Shown in pieces: positions 43,396 to 56,068 of a stretch of 64,000 nt of DNA. How positions within the stretch are numbered: the stretch's first letter is position 1; each line of letters opens with the position of its first letter. The notes beneath the pieces were generated by a model. It was not told the DNA's origin. It ran no database searches and was given only the letters and a program-made list of their open reading frames with translations. Both the position numbers and the translations under genes were made by a program. The DNA lies in assembly GCF_009914755.1 (NCBI RefSeq), contig NC_060933.1; one strand, written 5' to 3'. Origin of the DNA: the human T2T-CHM13v2.0 reference genome, Homo sapiens.

Positions 43396-46300
43396 TCTCC
43401 AGAGATTTTTAAAATGACATTTCTCTTTCCCAGAGTGAGATATGACATACTAATCTTTTTGTAACTCAATGTCTTAAATTTTTTAAGTCTGCATAAATTC
43501 TCACTGGAGGACTTTTGCTTTTGGATCATATTCTCCGTATTCACAAGAAATATTGGTCTCAGTGATTTCTCACCTGTGAAGCTCTCTATTTTGTTCCCCA
43601 TGGCCTATAAACTCCAAAAGTCTTAGCAGACAAGGCCATGCACAATCTCTACCTTTGCTTTACAGACTATTGCCTAAGGGGCACGTTCCAGGCAGTATGG
43701 ACCAACTTGCAATTTCCAGATATATCTTGGGGTTTCCTTTTCTCCTGCCTGGAAACACCATCATTTGCTCCTCAACCTTCTTAGGGCTTAATTATCCTAC
43801 AGGGTTTAGCTCAAGTGGCTCCTCTTCCATATCCCTCCCCTGACAACCTCAGCCCATGAGCAGCCTCCCTCTTCCATGTACAGAATACTTCTGGAATTAT
43901 CAGACAGGCTTGAGCACAAGCTGACTTTCAGTGTGCATTGCTTGTGTCCACAGCTTTTCATACCAAATGACCGGTTAGCAGCTAACGATTTGGCCCTCAT
44001 CTTATGCCTTTAGGTATTTCCTGTGCCCAGCACAGGACCTGCTGTGTGGACAATACTCAGAAAATGGACTCATTAAATGATGTTGTTGGGAACAATAGCT
44101 GCTGGGTGTTACCTCTTTTATGATTGGATTAAATTTATAAATCGGTGTCTACAAGTGATTCCCTTATGTTTCCGGATTACAGCCTCCTGTTAATACCATA
44201 GGTGATCAAAGCAGGCAGGGCCTTCTGAAATCCCCTGTTTCATCCCTTCACATTACAAAGGAGATAAGTGCTACTGTGTGAATTGGGGGAGGAAGAGGTC
44301 CCGAAAACCCATCCTGAACCCAGACCTCATGTTCTTTCTGCTACTCTGTGCCTCCATAATCTATCCTCACCCCCGGAATGTTCACTGCACAGTGAGAAGG
44401 GTTGTTTGGTAACTGTTTTTGTGTGCTTACTCCTGTGTGTTCCAGCATCAAGAACAGGGCCTGGCATATAGAATTTCATGATAAATACTGATAAATAAAT
44501 GTTTTTTTCTCTGCTAACAGCTTTGGGCAAAAAGTAGGAAACAGCTTCTGGAGGCTGAGCGCCAGGAAGGAAGCTCTACCCTTTGCTTCTTGTTTTTGCA
44601 GGAAAGATTGGGGTCTAAGCAATTTTCCTGTGATTGGCTTCCTACAGAGATGGATGGAAATCTAAGGGTCTTCCTTTCTGACTTGAGAATGTGGTTCACC
44701 TTCAGAGAGATCTCCCAATACAAGGCCCAGCACAGGAGGGTGTGAAGGAGTAAGAGGAAGAAAGATGGGAGGAAGAAGAGGTAGAGGTAAAAGGAAAGAA
44801 GGAATATAGAATGAAGAGACAGAGAAAAAGGAAGGACTACACAATAACAACAAATACCAGTAATAACCATAATGTAATAGTAATCACAGAAATTGATAAT
44901 GATGAGTAGAGTAAAGAGAATGGCTTGGCTGTCAGAGTGATTACATTATGTAGAGAACTCTACACTGTTTTTTGTACATTTAAACCTGTCAACCACCGTA
45001 TGAGGTAACTACTGTAATTAAGACTCACAAAGGTTAGGTCACTTACCCAAGTTCTACAGGTAGCCCAGTGGTAGAACAGGGAAGTCTAGAATTTGAAACC
45101 AGAACCATGTCCCTCTACAGCCAGGAAGAAAGAAGCAGCAAGTGATGGAGGAAAATGTCAATTTTGTATTTTTAGTGAGTAGGGTGTATCTAAATATTTG
45201 CATGTGCAAGAGCTCTTTGAATCCTCACAATGCTACAACATAGGTACCATCATCTCATTCTGCAGTGGAAGATATTAGAGTTTATGAAGGGTTCAAGGCC
45301 ATGTTGTCAGTGAATGGCAGAAGCTGAAATTCCAACTCACATTCCTTTGATTTAAAATGCATGTGTCTTCTGGTGCTTAGTGGAAGATTCAGGGAAGTGG
45401 CAGGTGCAGGGGTTGTTGAGAAGTTCACATTGTGGATCCCAGATTCTCAGGCACTGCATCTCAGAACAGCTGCTTCAACACCCTGCGTTTGTGCAGATGT
45501 CTGTTGCCCTGGCCAAGGCTGCCACTAGGGAAAAGCATCACTCTGGAAGGTCCTTGTTCCTCAGAGAACCCTGCTGATAGAGTGGTGGACATATAAGTCA
45601 ACAGTGTCCATTGCACCTGTGGTGGACAAAGCTCCCCGGTTTGTACATCATAGTCACTGTTTCTACCTCTGAAGCCTGGAGGGGCAGGCCAGGGAGAAAT
45701 ACCACTTTTGTCTTTAAAAATGGGAGTTCTTGTTTGAGTTGGAAGGTCTGCAGGATGCTGTTAAAAACATAAGTGACTGCTGTCCACCTGTTCCTTTCAT
45801 ACATCACTGCATTGCATCCTTTGGAGACTCTTCCTAGGAAAAATCAAGCTCGAGGCAACCTAGACAAGAGTACTGCCTCCTCTTCAAAAGCAAAAGGAAG
45901 AGAGCGAATCATGTAGTGATTCCCAGCCCTTACTCATTGAGGCTATAGGAGGGGATGGGAGGACCCTGAGGTCTGCAGTGAGAAGCAGGACTCAGAGACA
46001 ATGCACTCTGCATGATCATCTTGGCATCTAGTGGGGTTCCCTGCAGGTAATGTGACTTGTACTTCAATTTCAACACAATCTGGAACACACAGATCTTAAT
46101 TTGGAAAGCTGAATAACAGGAGAAAGGGGGAAGAGGGGAGGAAACAAAAACAACAACCTGGAAACTTCTAGTTTTATGAACTTGAGAAAGTCTTGTTCTT
46201 TCAAGACAGATGTTTTTAAGTAAAAAATCATTCCTCTGACCTTTCTTGAATAGGCCGATGCGGTCAAGACTGCCATTAACCACTGTTCAACTATTCATAA

Positions 46301-49300
46301 CCAAGGGTTTCGGTGACCAGGCACCGAACTTGGATGTGATCATCACTTTCCTGATTAACCCATGAATGCCCAGGGACTTTGATTTAAAATCAAAGGACAA
46401 AGAGAGGTGTAGAAGCTTCCTAAGACATCCCCCTTTAGTCTTAATAGCTCTGAGCTGAGTGATGGAGATGTCCATATTTTAGTGCCTTACTCCAGGGTTG
46501 TCTGTGTTTCTGAATTTCACTCTAGAGCCAGCAGAGAAAGCATTTGGATTAAAGCTAAGTAGATTTTTGTTTTTTATCTTCAGTGTCTAAATCTCAGTCA
46601 GTTTCAGGTTTGGGGCTATAGAGCAGAAGGCATTACCCAGCCCTGTTTTAGGATTATGGTGTTTTCGTATTCTGGTCCAGAACTTAGAAGTGTTTCAGTG
46701 CTCAACATACTGCTCTAGAACTGACAATGCCTCGGGCCCTGAAATAAAATTCATGATTTTTCAGGATTCTTATCTGGAGCTGGAAATGCCTCAGAATTTT
46801 CTACTGCTGGCAATAGCTCTGTGCTCCTGTCTAGAGTTGAGTGTTCATCCTGACTGAAGTTAACAGTGCTCTCTTGATCTGATCCAGAGTCTACACTGGT
46901 TTTATATTCTGATCTAGAATTCATGACATTTCATTAATTTCTTTCAGTACAAATGCAAAAATAAAGTTTAAACTACAGAAAGTTAGCAATGTATTTTTTT
47001 AAATAACGTGCTCAGAACTGTGTTTGCAACAATATTCAGCATCTCAAACTTATCCTTCACGCCTCCGCTGTTGACATCATTTGGGAAACTGGGTTTGTCA
47101 TGGCTTAGCTGTGGCCGAGTTTTTCTCCTCTGGCCATTTTTTTTCCTCCAGTTCCTGCTCTCCAGAGCCCATTTGATATTAAGATCTTGCCTTTCAGACC
47201 TGGCCTTCAGATATAGATTGCCTCAGCAACTCCCTTCTCCAAGCCCCTCCCTCAGCCTTCAGAGAGCTTGAACACAGAACCTACCACATTTCTCTATGAG
47301 TGTTTGCTTGCTTCGTTCTTCACCTCCCACCCCCATGGGAGGAGAAGGAATTTTTATCTTTGTTGCTTTTGTTCCTTTGGGGTCCATTTTCTTCATGTGG
47401 ACCATGGGAATGAAGAACCTAACACATAAATAAGTGCTAAATAAATGTTGAATGAATGAATGACAGAATGAGAGAGACATAGAAACATTTGATCCTAGGC
47501 TGGACAGAAAAAAAAAAGATGCTTTCAAAAGAAAACAGATCCCTGGGAGCACCCAAACCACTGCCTCTCACCCTGTAAGAATACAAGGAAGGTTTTGCAT
47601 CCCACTCTTTTAACCCCGTCAGCATCTTACTCTTGGAGGTAGCACATGTGCTGTGAAGTCACCCACGGACCATCTGGCTGGGGATCCCGTGTTCCTCCTC
47701 TGCAGCAAGAGATTACGTAAACTGGACAGCAGCCTCCAGATGTTAGCAGTTTCTGCTCATTTTTTTCCTCCCTTTTCAACAACAATAATAATAATTAAAA
47801 CAAACACAGGCCTCATCCCCCACCCGCACCCCTGAAATTACAAACAGGTGGGCCCAGATGTCCTCCCCCTTCCCATCCAAGGGCCTCCTATTCTTGAGGC
47901 CCAGCCGCCGACCCTCAGCAGGGCCTGCCCTGGGCTGAGCCGGACAGTCATGCCAGCTGCCCTGTGGCTCAGGCCACAGTCTCCCGAAAGGGGAAATGGC
48001 CATGTCATGAGAAGTCTCTGTGCCAGACTTTCCCTCTCCCCGCCTCCCACCCCAAAGCCTTGGCCTCCAACTTAAATGGATGTATTTTGGAGGACTAGGT
48101 GGCTTAAGAGATTAGTAATGAGATCCCAAGTCTTTCACTGCTGGGTCAGGAGTTCATAGGCGGGCCTGGGCGACTAGTGAATGGCATAATTAGGGAGACA
48201 GGGAGCAGGCCTGCGGAGGGCCCGTGTGAAATGAGCCCAGCCAGGCCTTTAATGGCAGCAGTTGTCAGCAGCACAAAAGGCGGCCGCCACATCCGACACT
48301 AATCACTCTCCCTTGTTAGAGGATTTACTAGCTGGAGGAGCTCAAGCCCCCTGCCCATCTCCTCCTCAAAACGGGCATCTGGGAAGGGACTCGGCCCAAT
48401 GCCTGGCTGTACTGTCTGCAGAACGGGGAGCTGATGCCAACCCCATGGGGTAGAGGTGTGAGAACTAACATTTCATGCAATATAAATGAGTGACTAGTGT
48501 CATTATATTAATCAGTACTTCCACTGCTATTGTGAATTTTCTTTCTCCATTTGAAAAAGGGGGTGGGGTGGGTGATGAATCTCCCCATCACAGTGACATA
48601 AGGATGGTGTCCATGGAGGTGGAAGCATTTGGATATTTATCATCCTCACCGTTATTGTCATCATTCTCATTAAGATCAGCATGTACACTGTGTGGGTCTC
48701 AGTTTTCTCATCTGCAGAATGGACTGGGAATAGGAGATAGAACTGAAGTAACACAGACTTCAACATCCACTCCGAACAGGTGTGGCCTTGGCACCTTATT
48801 TATTACCTCTGAGCCCAGGCTGTTTATCTGTAGGACAAACAAGAAGGAGGATAGTAATACTGGCTTCCCGGGAATGTGGGGAATCTATGTTTGGAACATA
48901 GGTGCTGGACAGTAAATGATGGCAAAGAAAACATGTTAGCTTTACCACTTTCATGAATGGTGTCTTAGGCCTCTAACATAAGCTTTTCCCTTAGAAGAAG
49001 GTTGAGACATCTATCTGTTGTCCCCCAGAAATCCTGAACCTGTGTGTATGAAATTGAGGAATTTAATGAGTAGTCTCTAAGAATCAATTCTATGATTCTG
49101 AACCATATCATTTCTAAGAAACTTAGTTTCCCTATCTGTAAAAATGTTAGTATGCTGTAGGGCAATACGTCTTATATGATTTCTATATTCCCTTTCCATT
49201 GAAAGCCTGGCTTTTCCTCCATGATCATTTGGTCTGGCCAGGGGTTTGCACCCTAAATCCCAGGATTTCAGACTTGTGGGGAGGTGCCAGCCTGAAGGGT

Positions 49301-49761
49301 ATGAGACCCCTAAGGAGTGTGAAATGCCTAATGTGTTAGGGACAGATCCCTGGAGCAACGAGGTGCTAATCAGCCCAGAGCTGAGCCCCAAGGCTGGAGG
49401 GCATCCAATGCCAAGTTATCTTATCAGAAAGTGTCTCCTGGGTAGAGGCTCTGAGATCTGCTGCTATTTCTAGAACTCTGGGAGGGAAGAAGAAGCCATC
49501 TCTCTGTTTCACACTCTGGCCCTGCACACAGGAAATGCTTCTTTCCTTGATTGTCTGTCTATGCCGAATAATAAATGCTCATATTGAAAGAAACGCAAAC
49601 CACCCCTCCCTTTCCCCTCTATCTCTTTAAGGCAGGCATCAAAGGGGAAAGCTGCTCTGGAGGCCTGGGGAAAGTGATAATTGTTTCTAATGGTTGGTAA
49701 AAGAAAGCCTGGCTCCCCCCTCTCTTTTTTCTGCCATTGCTATTAAGTGTGTAAAAAGGAA

Positions 49762-49815
49762 GTGTGTGTGTATGTGTATGTGTGTGTGTGCCTGTGTGTT
49801 GTGTTGTGTTGTGTA
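49762..49815. repeat. Imperfect (TG)n tract
   Basis: Read directly; a similar tract lies at 51807-51840. Confidence 0.85.
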
Positions 49816-50037
49816 TCTGTTAACCCTCGGCTTCCCTTAAAGTTTTCTGTGTTCATTGGTCAGTTTGGAATTAGAGGCATAAGAGGGAAGCAGGGATAGA
49901 AGTAGGAATGAAGAGAAGATCTCAGGTAGGAGAGGTCTATAGTGCTCCGCAGGTAGTGGGAGAGGCCCTGAACCTGAAGTTGGAAGATTTGAGTTGTGTT
50001 TGTTCATTATATGCATTAACTGAGATGAGACATGTAA

Positions 50038-50353
<316 letters not shown>

Positions 50354-51171
50354 ATACATTCGCTTAGCATCTAAGCTGGACCTTCCTCTGCTCTTAATAC
50401 TGAAGATAGAAAAGACAAGAGCTCATTCTTCCCCTCAGTGAGCTAATGACCAAGTTCAAGAATTGCAAATAGGATTCATCTTCTAGGCCAGTTCTGAGCA
50501 ATTAGAGTGACTCCCCATAGTGTTTTGTTGAGAAGGATTTAGAGGCCTACCTTCAGGGATGCACTATGTAATTAATGGTGCCTGTCCTGTGCAATGGATG
50601 AGAGAATGGTAGCACTGATGTCACGTGGGAATGAGTCCTGGTTCTCCTGGTCCCTTTCCTGCACTACATGGTTATTATTATCTCTAAACATTGGTCTAGG
50701 CCCTATAGACTTTGATTTCTAGATCTAATGCGTCACCAATCTTATAAAGCCTTGGGAAAGCCATATTAGTTTAACATAGGGGACATTTGGTGAGCCCTGC
50801 CCAGTAACCTGCATTAGACACTGATGAAAAGGAAAGAGAAGTCAGGCATAGGCACTGTCTTTGAAGCTCATACATGGAGATTCAGATGGACAAACAAGAA
50901 ACCATAATGCAAGTGTATTACCTCAAGGGTATGGACCAAGAGTTATTGGGAGGTCAAGCCATGGAGTAAGAAGAGAACAGACTTTGCGTCAGACGAGCAT
51001 GAGTTTGACTGCTAAGCCGTGGCAGGCTGATCAATGCCTACCCAAACCTCAGAGTCCTTATATCTCAATTGGGGATAAAGATGCTTATTTCACAAGATTA
51101 TTAGGAAGGTAAAATGAGATAATACACAGGCAGCACCCATACTGGGCAGACCATCTTTAAGAGTTGGTGCT

Positions 51172-51459
<288 letters not shown>

Positions 51460-53214
51460 AAGAGCTGGTGCCCTCTCTCACTCTCCCAGGAAAGCACTGA
51501 GGAGGGAGAACATCATCTGATAAAAACAGCAAAGCCTGGTTTATGGAGGAGGTTTTATTTCACCTGGGCCATTCTGTGTCCAGGTTCCCTGAGGCCCTTT
51601 ACAGCTGTAGTCTTATAGGCTGTCTCCCAGCAGGCTTTCCCTCCTGTAGTCCTCAGGACCCTTAAGAATCTTGGAGGTTTATATCAGGAAACCAACTTCT
51701 GTCCTTCTTGCACCCTTGCAATTCTTGGGAAATAACCTGGCATTGGAACTGCAAGCCTGAGGTTAAAATGTGGCCTAAGGAGAAATATTGAGAAACACTG
51801 GCTGGCTGTGTGTGTGTGTGTGTCTGTGTTTGTGTGTGTTGCACACTTGTACATTTATGGGTACTGTTAGTGTCAGTATCCATCCCCGCACTCCTCCTCC
51901 CCATTCCTTTTCCTATTTTCTTCTATAAGGCTCATTCGCAGGTCCCTTTGGGTGGAAAAAGGAAATTGGAGAGGTTGGACTAGAGGCTTGATGAGCACTT
52001 CCTCCCTCCCATGATTGACAAAAGGGCATGTAAATCTGTAAAATCGAAATTCAATGGAAACCTCATGGCATGTCCCCTGTGTGGGAAAATACCAGAGCCC
52101 CCGCTCCCCCTCTTCTCCCTCCGTCTCCCTGCCTTTGTGTACATCGTGTGTGGGTGGAAGATAAACTGGATTTAAAAAAACCCTTTGAAAGCAAGACATC
52201 GTTAACTCCTCTAATTGAAAGCAGTCTTCTGCAAAGGAGGGGGATTTGGAGGCGGGTGCTGGATGTAGCGGCTGGCAGTGCACTGAGTGGACAAGAGTCT
52301 CTGGGTCCTGGAGCCACAGAGTCCTCTGTTTCTGCAGACCTGGAACGCCTAGTCACCACCAGACATCCTGGCCCGTCACAGAGGAGCTTACTGTATATGT
52401 TCAAGCCGGTCTCTTCTCCCTCCACCGGGCTATGTTTCTCCATCCATCAAATGTGAGAATTGGAGTAAGAATTTCTGAGGACCCTCCCAGCTCAGATATC
52501 CAGTGATCCCAAAGCTCTGGACAAAGGATTTCCCCAGCTATTTTGCAGCTTGCAATTGCAGACACAAAAAGAAAGAAAGAGAGAGAGAGAGAGAAAAAAA
52601 ACACATTGCTAGAAAGGCTGCAGTAAACTTTTATGTTACTGTTCTGATTGTCTTTGCCCAAAAAGGTGTCTTGGAAATTAGCCTTCAGCTTCAGAGAAAG
52701 GGACCCATAAGTCTCAGAAGTCAACAGGATGTTCACCTGCTGCACAGTGTGGCTTTGTTTGTTTCTTTGTTTGTTTTACACTTAATTTTAGAGTCAACAT
52801 TCTTTTCTGCAGCATTCACCTGAGAAGCTGGAAATCAAAAGCTGGCAGAATGTCAGGACTGAAAAGCCCTTTGGAGATGAATTCATCTTACTCTGTCTTT
52901 CCATAAATAGGAAGAGTGAAGGTCAGAAAAAGTGAGCAATTGAGTCAGTTCTAGGAGGCAGGTCCCTTGCCTGGCAATTGCAGGCTCTTTCTACTGTATC
53001 ACTCCACTCCGGGGCAGACCTGAAAAGGCCTGTTTTGGTCTGTTGAAGCAGCTTCTATTTCAGGAGCCCCAGGGAAAGACAACAAGAAGTCCCAAGTCCA
53101 TCTTCCATGTGGCTGGGATTAAGACCCCGCTAGCACAAATATATCTATTCTCTTGTTTAAAAATCTCATCACAGCCCTGAGAGACATGTGGGCAGGCTCT
53201 CTTGAAGTTAACAT

Positions 53215-53440
53215 CTATGGTTAAGAATGTGGGCTAAACTTGTGCCTGGATTTCAATTTTGGTTCTACCGCTAACTAGTTGTATGACCCTAGGTAAATTA
53301 CTGGGCCTCGATTTTGTTATCTGTAAAATGCATATCATTGTAATACCCACCTCACAGAGTCATGGTGAGCACTGCATGATTTAGTACATACAGAGTCCTT
53401 AAAACAGTGCCCAGCATAGAATAGGCACCCGATACATGTT
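53215..53440 (+). mobile_element. MIR, near full length
   Basis: tggttaagaatgtgggct...tgaccctaggtaaattac...atctgtaaaatg...aacagtgcccagcataga. Confidence 0.85.
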
Positions 53441-53479
53441 GCTGCTGCTGCTACTGCTGCTGTTGCCTGCTGGGCCCCT

Positions 53480-54070
53480 ATTATTTCCTGTGTGCTGGGA
53501 AATCTGCTGGGATTTATTTGAGGATAAATAAAACATGCTTCTCACCTTGGAAATCTTCAGAGTTTAAAGAGATGAGGCTGGACTCTATACAACTATAATC
53601 TAACTTGACAAGTGCTGTAACTGAGGTATAAATAAGGAACTATACGGACACATAAGAAAGAGCAATTAATTCTGCCTGGGGAGTGAGTAAAGGCTTTCAG
53701 AGGAGGGATGATATTTGAGAGTGGCTTTGAAATGCGTGTAGTATTTCACAAAATGGGCAATGCAGCGGTGGTGGGCGTGGGGGTTCTGGGCTCCAGCATC
53801 ATGGAGGGGGAGTCCACAACATGTGAGAGAAAGAGTTGTCCAGCATGAAGGAAGCACCACTGTATAGATGCCAGGGAAGGGAGCACAGAGAGCAGTGAAA
53901 TTGGTGGAAGCTGCTGAAACCAGCTCCTGAAAACCTTTGTAAGCTGTGTCAAGGGAAGGTTCCATCCTGTGGATCATGGGCAGCCTGGTGGGTGGATAAG
54001 TAGCAGGGTGGTATGGTTAGTTTTTCTCCTTTGGAAAGTTAATTATGGGGAGCATTTTTATGAATGAATG
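53480..54070 (-). mobile_element. L2 fragment
   Basis: aagtgctgtaactgagg...ggctttcagaggagggatgatatttgagagtggctttgaa. Confidence 0.65.
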
Positions 54071-55589
54071 TGGTGGGACCAGAAGCAAAAAGACTGGTCG
54101 TTGGTGCCCTTTCTCCACCAGAGGAAGTGGAGGTTTCAGTTGAGTCCAAGTAGCAATTGTGTTGCTTTGTAATTAAGTACGCAGAACATGGAATTCTAGA
54201 GATCAGTCAACTCCTAGTTGTGATATACAACTGGATTTAGGACCTTGAAAGGATTTTTCAAAGCCTCTGAGCCTCATTTTCTCACCAGAGAAAATGCAGT
54301 GGCTCTAAACTCCCAGACTATCAGGGTTAAATGATATTGTGACTATGAAACCCTTGGTGGATATTATGACTGTGGGTGTCCTTAAGCTCCTGGGGCCCTT
54401 AAAGGTCATTCCGTGCAACCATTCAGTACAACTGCAGAGGGGGAATCGGAGAGTCAGAGAAATGTCCAGTTAATTGGTGACAGAGCTGGAATTAAGCCAG
54501 GTCTTCTACTGTCCATGGACGGTATTTGAAGGAAACACAGAATATCTCTGCAGATAATGGATAGTCTAAGGGATTCTGCTAAAATGAGTGCCCCCCGCCC
54601 CCAAGGCCAAGTGGACAAGGGGTCACTTGCCTTTCAATTCCTCCAGGTGCTAGGATGAGGATGAGAAGCAGTCATCTGCCCAGCTTCCATAAAAGACACA
54701 GGGCTGGGTATCTTGGAGAAGAGAATGGTGTTGGGCACTAGAATTGCCGTCTGTCATTTCTGCCATGATTTCTTGGGGGAAGAGATATAAATGTCACTGG
54801 AGATGGTTCTACACAGCAAAAAATAGGATCAATAAGGTACAGAACATAAGTGAGAAAAGTGCACTATTTCTGGGAGACAGAAAAATTTGCTTTTTCATAA
54901 ACGTGTTGCTCCTTATTGGCTGTATATTGCCGTGCAAGATACCTCCCTTCCCTTGACCACTGCAAAGGGGAATGATCTCAGCAGATAACCTATTCTAGTC
55001 CCATCTAACTTTAAAATAAGAAAGCTTATAGGCATTGCTACTTAGAAGAAACAGTAGGAGAAAGTGGATCCAGGAGTCTCTCTCTCTCTCTGACTGTTGG
55101 AGAGGACTGTCCAATGGTACATAGGCTTTCTATAAATGGAAATGAGCTGTATGTCCATGAAGTAATCAAGAGGCTTATGTCATCCATCCTCCAACCTGAG
55201 AGGACCTAAGTGAGGGTGCTTGTCAGCCCAACCACACCTGCTCTTTGCCTAGGACTACTATATCAATTTATTTTTCCCTTCACTTGATTATTTTATGTAA
55301 AAAATATTTAATGTATTTATACATTAATAAATGTAATTATTTATTGTTGTCCCAGGACAACAAAGCTGTGACCTGAAGCCACCCCAGGGACCAACTATTT
55401 TCTTGGAATAAGGGCTGGGGAAGCTGCTTATAGGGTCCTGCTAGATTGCCCAGGATGGGAAAAGAAGTAAGCAGGTTTTCTGCCAATGTAGACACCATTA
55501 AATCTGTACCAGGGGTTCAAAGAGTCAAATACATTCAGGCCAGTGGATCAACATTGAATGTCAACATTTTAGTCATTCAAAGTAATAAT

Positions 55590-56068
55590 TCTTTATTTTT
55601 TATTGTGGGAAGAACACACCGTGAGATCTACCCTCTTAACAAATTTTTAAGTGTATGGTACAGTATTGTTCACTATAGGAATAATGTTTTACTGCAGAGT
55701 CCTAGAACTTATTCATCTTGCTTAACTGAAACCTTATGCCTATTGATTAGTCACTAATCACTTTTCCCTTCCCCATCCCCTAGCAACCACCATTCATTTT
55801 GTCTTTGGTTCTATGAATTTGATTATTTTAGATACTTCATATTAAGTGAGCTAATGCAGTATTTGTTTTCCATGTCTGGCTTATTTAACTTAGCATAATG
55901 TTCTCAAAGTTCATTCCTCTTATTGCAGATTGCAGAATTTCCTTTTTTAAGGTCAAGTAATATTCCATTGTGTGTATATATCACATATTCTTTATCCATT
56001 CTTCTGTTGATGGACATGTAGGTTGTTACATCTTGGCTATCATGAATAATACTGCAATAAACATGGGA
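55590..56068 (-). mobile_element. L1MA9/10-like 3' fragment
   Basis: gagatctaccctcttaacaaatttttaagtg...ggcttatttaacttagcataatg...tatccattcttctgttgatggacat...aataaacatggga. Confidence 0.88.

Noticed and set aside
46480-46945. CRISPR-like reading of the periodic array
   Set aside because: Eukaryotic intron; the repeats are degenerate and contiguous, with no unique spacers or cas genes.
47600-48450. CpG island
   Set aside because: GC content is elevated but CpG density looks too low for an island; kept only as a candidate regulatory region.
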